This document shows positions 18,057 to 26,273 of a stretch of 64,000 nucleotides of DNA, piece after piece. Origin of the DNA: Acidimicrobiia bacterium (lineage in GTDB: Bacteria; Actinomycetota; Acidimicrobiia; Spongiisociales; ZC4RG35); the NCBI GenBank assembly GCA_041747375.1, contig JBGTFH010000078.1:37558-101557 (forward strand). Reading direction: 5' to 3'. The translations under genes and the position numbers were made by a program. The stretch's first letter is position 1. Each line of letters begins with the position of its first letter. The notes beneath the pieces are model-generated. The model did not search any database. It had not been told where the DNA came from and saw only the letters and a list, made by a program, of their open reading frames with translations.

Positions 18057-19489
18057 GCACCGACCCCTCGATACCGGCATACGTTGTCGACAAGAGGCAA
18101 AAGTGGCTGGTGCTCGTCACTGTTGCGACCAGTGTCCTTCTCCCGACCATCGACGGGTCGATCGTGAATGTCGCGTTTCCGACCCTCGTCGAGGAACTCG
18201 ATACCACGTTTAACGTGATCCAATGGGTCGCCCTCGGCTATCTCCTCACCATCGCCACGTTCACACTGGGCATGGGGCGACTGGGTGATGTCGTCGGCAA
18301 GAAGAAGATCTATGTCTACGGTTTCGGTGTCTTCACCGGCGCTTCCCTGCTCTGCGGTCTCGCCCCGCAGGTCGAATGGCTGATCACGTTCCGGGTAGTT
18401 CAGGGAATCGGCGCTGTGATGGTGCTCGCCCTCGGATCGGCGATCCTGGTCGAAGCATTTCCCGACCACGAGCGGGGCAAGGCCCTTGGCTGGATCGTCA
18501 CCGCCGTAAGTGTTGGCATCATCACAGGCCCGGTGCTGGGCGGAATCCTCATCTCGGCCTGGAACTGGCGGGCCATCTTCCTCGTCAATCTTCCTGTCGG
18601 AATCGTGGGTACCTGGATGGCAATTCGATTCGTTCCTAACACGAGACCTATCCCCGGGCAGAGATTCGACTTCCTCGGGGCGTTACTGATGGCTCTATCG
18701 CTTTTCAGCCTTTCCCTCGCACTGACTCTCGGACAGGAGTCGGGATTCTCATCAGCCATAGTGCTATCGGGTTTTGCGATCGCGATAGGCACCGCCATCG
18801 CCTTTGTCCTCGTTGAACTCCGTGCTGATTCGCCCATGCTCCAGTTGCGTCTTTTCAAGAACCCCGGACTCACGGTCGGGGTGGTCACCGGGATCATGAC
18901 TTTTATCTGCCTGACGGCGACGTTCCTCCTACTGCCCTTCTACCTGTCAGAAGTGCTCGGTATGGAAGTCCTGGCCATGGGTTTCCTACTCGGGGTCACG
19001 CCACTGATGATGGGAATCGTCTCGCCAATTTCCGGAACACTTTCAGACAGGACCGGTGTCCGTGCTCCCGCAGTTGCCGGCCTCCTTATCCTCGCCGCGG
19101 TCTACTTCGCGTTCCTCAGCCTCGGCGTGGAGACGACCTGGTGGCATTTCGCAGCCCTATCTGTGCCCTATGGAATCGGGATCGGGCTGTTCCAGTCGCC
19201 CACCAACAGTGCGATCATGGGGAGCGTTCCCGCCGAGTACATGGGTGTGGCAGGTGGGTTGCTCCACCTGACCAGGCTGATGGGTCAAGTGGTGGGCATA
19301 GCCGTCCTCGGGTCGATTTGGGCGGCGCGAGTCGCTGTCGCCAACGGTGGAACGCTGCCGGCCGGTGGAGCGACGGCTGCTCCTGGCATTGCCCAGGTCG
19401 CCGGATTGCACACAGTCTTTGTGATCGCCGGCATGATCATGGTCGTTGCCGCAGCCATCGCCGGATGGGGCCTGAGATCCGAGCGCTAA
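18053..19489 (+). CDS. MFS transporter, DHA2/EmrB-like (14-TM type)
   Basis: 478 aa, highly hydrophobic. It has the MFS motif GRLGDVVGKKK. GTG start with a GTGA overlap onto the ABC exporter stop. Confidence 0.85.
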   Translation: MSTDPSIPAYVVDKRQKWLVLVTVATSVLLPTIDGSIVNVAFPTLVEELDTTFNVIQWVALGYLLTIATFTLGMGRLGDVVGKKKIYVYGFGVFTGASLLCGLAPQVEWLITFRVVQGIGAVMVLALGSAILVEAFPDHERGKALGWIVTAVSVGIITGPVLGGILISAWNWRAIFLVNLPVGIVGTWMAIRFVPNTRPIPGQRFDFLGALLMALSLFSLSLALTLGQESGFSSAIVLSGFAIAIGTAIAFVLVELRADSPMLQLRLFKNPGLTVGVVTGIMTFICLTATFLLLPFYLSEVLGMEVLAMGFLLGVTPLMMGIVSPISGTLSDRTGVRAPAVAGLLILAAVYFAFLSLGVETTWWHFAALSVPYGIGIGLFQSPTNSAIMGSVPAEYMGVAGGLLHLTRLMGQVVGIAVLGSIWAARVAVANGGTLPAGGATAAPGIAQVAGLHTVFVIAGMIMVVAAAIAGWGLRSER

Positions 19490-19523
19490 ACCGTCTCATT
19501 GCTCGGCAATTGCAAGTTTTAGG

Positions 19524-20192
19524 TCAAGACCCTGGAAATTCGGCTAGCCACCAAAGGGAGAGGTTGCCGATCGGCCCGTTCAACTGGCGCCATCCGTCGG
19601 TCCCAGGGAGCGCCCTGCCATGGGGTGCGACAAGCAGATGGATCATGGAGCCCGTCGTGTCCTCGAGCGGCGCACCGGTGATCGGCTCCTGGCCGAGACG
19701 GACCCGGCCCTCGAATACCAACTCCTCCCCATCGGCGATTCGCCCGTCGCCCTGATAGACCCCGCCCCTCGCCGAAGTGTCGAGCCCGATGTCATCGATA
19801 TTGCAGAGGCTATCCGTACACCGATCCGGGACGTTGAAGACGATGAACCAGAGCGTGTAGGTTTCCGGCTCTCCCGGTCCGCCTACCGACACCTCGGGAT
19901 GAGCCGAGCCGAACGGCGGCATCATGTCCGCCGTGGGATAGATATAACTACCTGCCGGTGGGGTCGGCATCACCATGCGGAACGCAATCCCGTCTTGGGC
20001 CCGATCCAGGGTGGCTCCGTCGACGGCGACAGGCTCACCGTCGCCTCCTTGGGCGCCGACGTCGGCAGTCTCGGATGAGGCAGACGAATCCGAGCAGCCA
20101 ATGGCGGCGAACGCGATCACCACGAGCAAAGCCGGCCAGACGGTGCCCTTGATGGTTCGCTTCAATTTGTTCGCTGCTAGATGGATCATCAC
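19524..20192 (-). CDS. secreted lipoprotein of unknown family (paralog A of 24033..24671)
   Basis: Signal peptide and lipobox (LLVVIAFAAIGC). Start GTG 20192 or ATG 20189 overlaps the stop of the upstream regulator gene (TGATG). Shares motifs with 24033..24671: YT[LV]W..V.N.P..C....C, GDG, LED, IHL.V..HG. Confidence 0.7.
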   Translation of the reverse strand: MMIHLAANKLKRTIKGTVWPALLVVIAFAAIGCSDSSASSETADVGAQGGDGEPVAVDGATLDRAQDGIAFRMVMPTPPAGSYIYPTADMMPPFGSAHPEVSVGGPGEPETYTLWFIVFNVPDRCTDSLCNIDDIGLDTSARGGVYQGDGRIADGEELVFEGRVRLGQEPITGAPLEDTTGSMIHLLVAPHGRALPGTDGWRQLNGPIGNLSLWWLAEFPGS

Positions 20193-23100
20193 GTTCCTCC
20201 TGGGGTCACTATCACTGCTGCAAAGTCAAGCGGAAGCTCGGTAGGCGGCTCACCCCCGAAGGGAACCAGGAATATGCAACTGACCGCTATAGACCCCCTC
20301 GGCATCAACGCCGTCAGAGTTGTCACCCCGGTGGGCTCGATGACGGACTGCGCCAGCACCTCGCCATAGGAGATCGGGCGGACGTGGGCCAGCGCTTCTC
20401 CGGCGAGAGCCTCGAGTGTCATTCCGTCAGGCACCATGTACATCCCGACGCCAGCGGGCTGGTCGGCTCGGTTCGCGAGCTCGAAGGCGATCACGCGTCC
20501 GGGGGCCAGTCGCAGCTTGCCGCCCTCGATCTCTCCTCCTTCAACAACCTCAGGGGTGCACGATCTGTCTCCCACGGCGATGCGGACCGTCACGTCCGGC
20601 TCCATCTGCCAGACAGGGCTGCGCAGAGCGAAGTCCTGGACGGTCAAGTGACCAAGGCCTATGTCGCCCGCAAGGTTGTCAAGTTGGCCGTCGACGTCAT
20701 CCAGATACCCACCCTCTCGAGACAATCCGACCGCCTGTTCGGCGAATCCCACCACCTGCTCGCCGCTTTCCAGGGTGCCGTCGAGGAAGGCCGCCACAGC
20801 TTGTTCGACGGCCTTGTCGAACCGCTTTACAGTTGAAGTCAGGATGTACTCCCGTTCGATGGGTGATGCGGAAGTGAGATAGGCGTCGACGTTGCTGCCG
20901 ATGACCCAAGGGTGGCCGGCCTCAGACTCACTAGCTGCGGCCACCACTCCCCGCCCCGACTCGCCGGCGTCGTAGAAGATGACATCGGCTCCTTCCGAGA
21001 AGAGCAGCGCCGCTAGTTCTTTGGCCAGGTCGGGACGCCGGATGGCGGTGACACCCGGGTTCTCGACCGGGCCCAGGTACCTCGACAACACCTTGATGTC
21101 CGGGTTTTGGAAGGCGGCGCCTTGCTCGAAGCCGGAGCGGGACTGCTCGACACTGAAGGTTGGGTTTCCTCCGATGAAGCCGATGATCCCCGTGGTCGAC
21201 TTCATCGCCGCGGCGACTCCGGCCATGAACGCAACGTCCTCTACGGCAAAATGGACCTCGGTCACGTTCGGGTGCTCCTCCTTGATCCAGGAAGGGTCGA
21301 TGGCGACGAAGTGGGTACCCGGGTAGTCGTCGGCAACTCGGTCGATCACAGTGTCGAAGTCGCTGCTCACAATGATCAGGTCGGAGCCGGTCTCGGCTAT
21401 CTGCCTCAGGTCAGCTTCGGCGTCGATCAACGGCTCGACGAGTTCAATGGCGAGGTCGTGTTCGCGTTCCGACGCCGCCGCTCCCGCCAACATCAGGTCG
21501 TTCACTGCACCGTCGTTGGTGACACCATGGACCATCGCGATGCGGGGGCCGCCCCCCAGGGCGAAGACCAGACCACCGCCAAGCACAATGAATAGCAATA
21601 GTGTCGCCACGCCCAAACCGACCAGACGCCGTTTCGCCTGCCGGTCCAGTTTGGACTCTCGAGCTGCCCGAATTGCCTCGGCTTCCTTGCCTCGCTCGCG
21701 AAAAGCAACGGAGGTTTCGAGAAATTCGGCCTCGCCTCTGCTCAGAGTCAGGGTGCTGTGCTCGGCCCACCTCTCGTAGCCTGCCAGACGCTCCCCGACA
21801 AGCAGATAACCCTCGGCCCGGTCGGACTCGGCCCACTCGGCGATGGCCGCGGTAAGGAGGGCGTGACGAACAACGTCGTCCCGGCCCTCCTCGATCCACC
21901 CGGCCAGCCGGGGCCAGACGCGGAGCAGTGCCTCATGGGCCACCTCGACGATGCTGGACCCGGTTGCGGGGTCGCGATCGAAGGTGAGTAACCGATACCG
22001 ACCGAACCCGTTGAGGACAGTCTGGAGATCGACCGTGTCTACTGCCAGGTTGATGATCTCCGAGGCGGCGACCCGGCGCCTGCTCCAGGCACCGATGTCG
22101 TTTATGGTCACCAAACGCAGGAATAGCTGCTTGGCCGCAGCCTTTTCCCCCGGGTCGAAGGTCTGGTAGAGCTCCTCGGCTCGGCGGGTGATGGCTCCGC
22201 TCACGCCTCCCATTCCGTCATAGGCCCCGAGAGTCAGGGTGGCGTCCCTTCTGCGGTCGAACAGTTCGGTGAGGGTGAATTGGAAGAGAGGAAGTGCCCC
22301 CGTCTGGCCGGCGACATCGGTCAGGAGGCGAGCGAGAAGCGTCTGTTCGAGGTGAGCGCCGGCTGCGGCGGCAGGCCGTTCGGCAGCGGCTTCGAGCTCG
22401 TCGGGCAAGAGCGGAACCGCGTTGACGACTCCCGCGCCGAGCATCTCACCGAATTCGGGGAAGTCGAGCAGGCGCTCGTAGAAGTCGGCCCGTAGAGCGA
22501 TGATGACCACCACCCGGTGGTGGGGATCCTCGAGGGCGACCTCGAGGTTGCGTATGAATTGGCGCCGTGCCTCGTCGGACGTGACCAAAGTGAACAGTTC
22601 CTCGAACTGGTCGATGATCAGTAGCAGCCGTCCCGACCCCTGTGGGATGATGCGAAGCGCCGCTCTCAGCAGTCCATCCTCGTCATCAAAGTACCTCATC
22701 ACGTCTTCGGGCGGGTCCAGCGCCGATCGAGCCAGAGCGGCTTCTAGTTCGGCGGATGGTCTGGCGCCGGGAACCATGACTGCGATTCGCCAATTCTCCG
22801 TGTCTCCCAACGCGCCCTTGCGGAGAGCAGGGATAAGACCGGCTCGAAGCACGCTCGACTTCCCCGAGCCGCTCGACCCAATGAGCGAAATCAAGGGGAT
22901 CCCCTGGGACAGGCGACGGACGATGTCAGCGACCAGGCGGTCGCGACCGAAGAAGACGCCGGAGTCTTCCTCGCCGAACGCCTGTAGCCCTTTGAAAGGA
23001 TTCGTGCCCACCGCGTCGCGAGGAAAGTTGTCCGCCGGGTCGAGCCGTTCGTCATGGAGCAGGACCTGCTCCTCGATGCTGCTCAGCTCGGCGGACGGTT

Positions 23101-23794
23101 CGACTCCGAGCTCCTCTCCCAAGACGCGGCGGTAGCTCTGGAAAGCACGCAGGGCGTCGGCCTGGCGCCCAGATCGATACAGGGCCAGCATAAGGAGTCC
23201 TATGGGCCGCTCCCTGAGCGGGTAGTTCCGTACCAGCTTCTCCAGATCTCCCACGATCTCGCGATGCTGACCGGCCCGGAGCTTGGCATCGAAAAGGTCC
23301 TCGGTAGCCAATAGCCGGGCCTCTTCGAGACGCGCCATCTCGTCCCTGGCGAATTCGTCGTACTCGAAGTCTTGATAGGCACTGCCCCGCCATAGGGCGA
23401 GGGCACTCCCCAGCAGGTCCGCTGCCGTGTCGGGTTCGTCTCGCACCAGGGCGCGACCACGAGCCGCCTCCGCTTCGAACCGGCAGGAGTCGACGCGGTC
23501 GGGATCGACGACCAATTGGTAACCGTGATCTCTCGTGACGAGGACAGAACTCCTCGCATTGGCCTCCCGGTCGGGCTCGAGAGCCGATCTCAGTCGAGAA
23601 ATGTAGACCCAGAGGGTCTTCTCCTTTCCCAGCGGGTCCTTGGGCCAGAGGTCCTCGAGGATCCGTTCCGTCGAGACCACCCGGTTCATGTTGGCGAGAA
23701 GCAAGGCGAGAAGGGCGCGTTGCTGTCGGGGGCCGATGTCCACCGGCTCGTCATCATCCAGTACTTCAAGTGGACCCAAGATCAAGTAGTCCAT
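20189..23794 (-). CDS. membrane-spanning SARP-family regulator fused to a STAND P-loop NTPase and an extracytoplasmic BMP/PnrA-type binding domain
   Basis: N terminus: LGPLEV...GPRQQRALLALLL (wHTH) plus a BTAD-like helical region. P-loop GSSGSGKSSVLRAGL and Walker B-like LLLIIDQFEELF. One TM helix LVGLGVATLLLFIVLGGGLVFAL, encoded at about 21.55-21.63 kb. Then a BMP-family region (IGFIGGNP..., GADVIFYDAGESGRGV, VIGSNVDAY, TSTVKRFDKAV). About 150 aa of unassigned C terminus follow. I take ATG 23794 (MDYLILGPLEV) as the start rather than 23851. Confidence 0.85.
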   Translation of the reverse strand: MDYLILGPLEVLDDDEPVDIGPRQQRALLALLLANMNRVVSTERILEDLWPKDPLGKEKTLWVYISRLRSALEPDREANARSSVLVTRDHGYQLVVDPDRVDSCRFEAEAARGRALVRDEPDTAADLLGSALALWRGSAYQDFEYDEFARDEMARLEEARLLATEDLFDAKLRAGQHREIVGDLEKLVRNYPLRERPIGLLMLALYRSGRQADALRAFQSYRRVLGEELGVEPSAELSSIEEQVLLHDERLDPADNFPRDAVGTNPFKGLQAFGEEDSGVFFGRDRLVADIVRRLSQGIPLISLIGSSGSGKSSVLRAGLIPALRKGALGDTENWRIAVMVPGARPSAELEAALARSALDPPEDVMRYFDDEDGLLRAALRIIPQGSGRLLLIIDQFEELFTLVTSDEARRQFIRNLEVALEDPHHRVVVIIALRADFYERLLDFPEFGEMLGAGVVNAVPLLPDELEAAAERPAAAAGAHLEQTLLARLLTDVAGQTGALPLFQFTLTELFDRRRDATLTLGAYDGMGGVSGAITRRAEELYQTFDPGEKAAAKQLFLRLVTINDIGAWSRRRVAASEIINLAVDTVDLQTVLNGFGRYRLLTFDRDPATGSSIVEVAHEALLRVWPRLAGWIEEGRDDVVRHALLTAAIAEWAESDRAEGYLLVGERLAGYERWAEHSTLTLSRGEAEFLETSVAFRERGKEAEAIRAARESKLDRQAKRRLVGLGVATLLLFIVLGGGLVFALGGGPRIAMVHGVTNDGAVNDLMLAGAAASEREHDLAIELVEPLIDAEADLRQIAETGSDLIIVSSDFDTVIDRVADDYPGTHFVAIDPSWIKEEHPNVTEVHFAVEDVAFMAGVAAAMKSTTGIIGFIGGNPTFSVEQSRSGFEQGAAFQNPDIKVLSRYLGPVENPGVTAIRRPDLAKELAALLFSEGADVIFYDAGESGRGVVAAASESEAGHPWVIGSNVDAYLTSASPIEREYILTSTVKRFDKAVEQAVAAFLDGTLESGEQVVGFAEQAVGLSREGGYLDDVDGQLDNLAGDIGLGHLTVQDFALRSPVWQMEPDVTVRIAVGDRSCTPEVVEGGEIEGGKLRLAPGRVIAFELANRADQPAGVGMYMVPDGMTLEALAGEALAHVRPISYGEVLAQSVIEPTGVTTLTALMPRGSIAVSCIFLVPFGGEPPTELPLDFAAVIVTPGGT

Positions 23795-23860
23795 CCAGCT
23801 CTCCAAGATTGAACGCTGAGCGCCACCAGTCTCATATTGAAGCACACACACCTTGTCGCC

Positions 23861-23916
23861 GGCTTAATGCCCTGATCCCGCCCCCTGAACAAGGTTTTGG
23901 TAAGCCCGGTTAAGCC
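23861..23916. promoter_or_regulatory. candidate operator repeats GGT(T)AAGCC in the divergent intergenic region
   Basis: GGTAAGCC (23899-23906) and GGTTAAGCC (23908-23916) are tandem direct repeats. An inverted partial copy GGCTTAA lies at 23861-23867. They sit 117-170 nt upstream of ATG 24033. Confidence 0.3.
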
Positions 23917-24032
23917 GCCGACAAGCGAGGGCGGGTTGAGTGGCGGCATCTGGATGGTGGGGCGGGCAAGGAAAGAAAGCGGCCGTTCGGTGGAATCAGC
24001 CGAATGACCAACAAGAGAAGGGAAAGAATCGA

Positions 24033-24671
24033 ATGAGACGACAACTCGGTTTGACTTTGGTGGTGATCGCAATGGTGTTTTCCATGGTGGCCACAGCCGG
24101 AGCAACGGGGTCGGTGAAGCAAACCGCCACCGTCAGCTGGCACGCCCAGCAGGCCCCATTAGGCAAAACCGGAATCGTTGGAGGCACCGGATCAGTCGTG
24201 CGAAGTAACCAGGGGATCAACTTCAATCTGTCCACCTCGGAACTCGTGGAGGGCAACGCCTACACAGTCTGGCTTGTGGTAATCAACAATCCATCGTTCT
24301 GTGCAGCGACGCCGTGCACGGCGCCGGAGATCTTCAACCCCGAAAGCAGATCACAGGTCCGCTTCGGCGATGGTCTGGTTGCCGGCTCATCCGGGCGAGG
24401 CATCTTCTCCGGCAGCGTCAGTGAAGGACCACTGAGCGGATGGCTTCCGGACGGAGCACTCGAAGACGCCCGAACGGCAGAAATCCACCTGGTGGTAAAC
24501 GACCACGGGCCGGCGATAGACGAGTTCATGCCAGGCATGGTCCGCACATATCGTGGCGGTTGCTCGGATGCGAGCCCGTTCCCGGCCATATTCCCGGCGA
24601 CAGCTCTTGCTGACGGCGAGGTTGGGCCGAACATCTGCCGCCTGTACCAGGCATCAGTGTTGGCGCCCTGA
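24033..24671 (+). CDS. secreted protein of unknown family (paralog B of 19524..20192)
   Basis: ATG 24033 is preceded by GAGAAGGGAAAG. Signal peptide LTLVVIAMVFSMVATAGA. Shares conserved motifs with paralog A. Confidence 0.7.
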   Translation: MRRQLGLTLVVIAMVFSMVATAGATGSVKQTATVSWHAQQAPLGKTGIVGGTGSVVRSNQGINFNLSTSELVEGNAYTVWLVVINNPSFCAATPCTAPEIFNPESRSQVRFGDGLVAGSSGRGIFSGSVSEGPLSGWLPDGALEDARTAEIHLVVNDHGPAIDEFMPGMVRTYRGGCSDASPFPAIFPATALADGEVGPNICRLYQASVLAP

Positions 24672-24740
24672 AACTGAGTCGCCGATGAGGTATCCGGTTG
24701 CGGGTACCTCATCGGCCCTAACCAACCTGGGAGCACGGAA

Positions 24741-26102
24741 ATGACGTCTGAAAGATCGACTACACATCCCGCCGGGACCACCCGAAGGGAATTCTTGAGA
24801 AACAGCTCGATGGCTGCATTCGCACTGATGGTCCCGACAACCTTGTCCGCAGCAAGTCGCCCGATCTCAGGGCCGGCAAGGGTGCACGATGCCGGAGTCG
24901 CCCTGAATTGGTTCGACCTCGCCCTTGACCTGGTCCGGACCACACCGGGGTTCTCCCCTCCAGTCGCGTCTCGGGCCTTCGCCTATCTCGGTATCAGCCT
25001 CTACGAGTCCGTGGTCCCGGGGATGCCTGGATATCGGAGCCTCGACCGCCTTCATCCCGCCCTCGATCTTCCTCCCCGAACTGGGCAACAGAGCCGCTTC
25101 TACTGGCCGGCAGCGGCCAATGCTGCCCTCGCCGCCGCCGCTCGTGGGCTATTCCCGACAACCTCGGCCACCAATCTCGCCGCCATCGACGACCTCGAGA
25201 ACGCTCTCAGCGCTTCTCCCGCCTCGCCAGGTGTGCTCGTGGCCGAATCGGTCGAGTGGGGGAAAGACGTGGCCGCCGCCGTTCTCGAATGGTCACAGTC
25301 GGATGGTGGGCACGAAGGCTATCTCCGCAACTTTCCAACTAGCTATGTCCCGCCGATCGGGGCCGGTCTCTGGGTGCCGACAGCACCCGCATTCCAGAGC
25401 GCCCTCCAGCCTTACTGGGGTGAGAATCGCACTTTCGCTGTCCCCTCGGGAGCCGACTGCGCCTCCGGGGACCATCCGCCATTTTCGGTGGAGGTCGATT
25501 CGGACTTCTATCGGGACGCGGTCGAGGTCTACGACGCGGTGAACGAAATCACCCCGGAGCAGGCTGAAATAGCCTATTTCTGGTCGGACGACCCGGGAAT
25601 CACCGCCACCCCGCCGGGACACTCCATCTCGATCTTGAATCAGGTGGTCAGGGCCGAAGCCGTCGACCTTGCCCGCGCCGCAGACTGCTACCTCAGGGTG
25701 GGAATCGCTGTCTCTGATGCCTTTGTGACCTGCTGGAACACCAAATTCCGGTACAACCTGCTTCGACCGATCACCTACATCAGAGACCTCATCGACGACC
25801 AGTGGACCCCCATTCTCAACACTCCCCCATTCCCGGAATACACGTCCGGTCACTCCGTGCAGAGCGGAGCGGCCTTCGGGGTGATGGCCGACCTCTTCGG
25901 GGATCAACATCGGTTTGTCGACCATACCCACGACGATCGAGGCCTGACCCCGCGGAAATTCACCTCCTTCACCGGGTGCGCTGAGGAGGCCGCAGTGTCC
26001 CGCCTCTACGGAGGTATCCACTTCCGACCAGCCATTGACCTCGGCGTCGCCCAAGGACGTTGCGTCGCCGACGCCGTCGCTCGGCTCCCAATCAAAGGAT
26101 GA
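24741..26102 (+). CDS. Tat-exported vanadium-dependent haloperoxidase / PAP2 (acid phosphatase)-superfamily protein
   Basis: Twin-arginine-like N terminus TRREFLRNSSMAAFALMV. PAP2/VHPO motifs LLRPITY, YTSGHS and SRLYGGIHFRPAID. Confidence 0.75.
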   Translation: MTSERSTTHPAGTTRREFLRNSSMAAFALMVPTTLSAASRPISGPARVHDAGVALNWFDLALDLVRTTPGFSPPVASRAFAYLGISLYESVVPGMPGYRSLDRLHPALDLPPRTGQQSRFYWPAAANAALAAAARGLFPTTSATNLAAIDDLENALSASPASPGVLVAESVEWGKDVAAAVLEWSQSDGGHEGYLRNFPTSYVPPIGAGLWVPTAPAFQSALQPYWGENRTFAVPSGADCASGDHPPFSVEVDSDFYRDAVEVYDAVNEITPEQAEIAYFWSDDPGITATPPGHSISILNQVVRAEAVDLARAADCYLRVGIAVSDAFVTCWNTKFRYNLLRPITYIRDLIDDQWTPILNTPPFPEYTSGHSVQSGAAFGVMADLFGDQHRFVDHTHDDRGLTPRKFTSFTGCAEEAAVSRLYGGIHFRPAIDLGVAQGRCVADAVARLPIKG

Positions 26103-26273
26103 AATCCAGGTACCTGGCTGCCATCGTTGGGAAGTGACCTGTCTTCGTCCGCGAGATGCTCAGGAATCCCACATATGAGACTTTCGAGGTATTCCTCACG
26201 CCCTGAACGACGGATTCAGAGGGTTGTGCTTGCCGGGCCACGGGTCTTATAAGGGCCGCGTAGGCTGTCTGGC

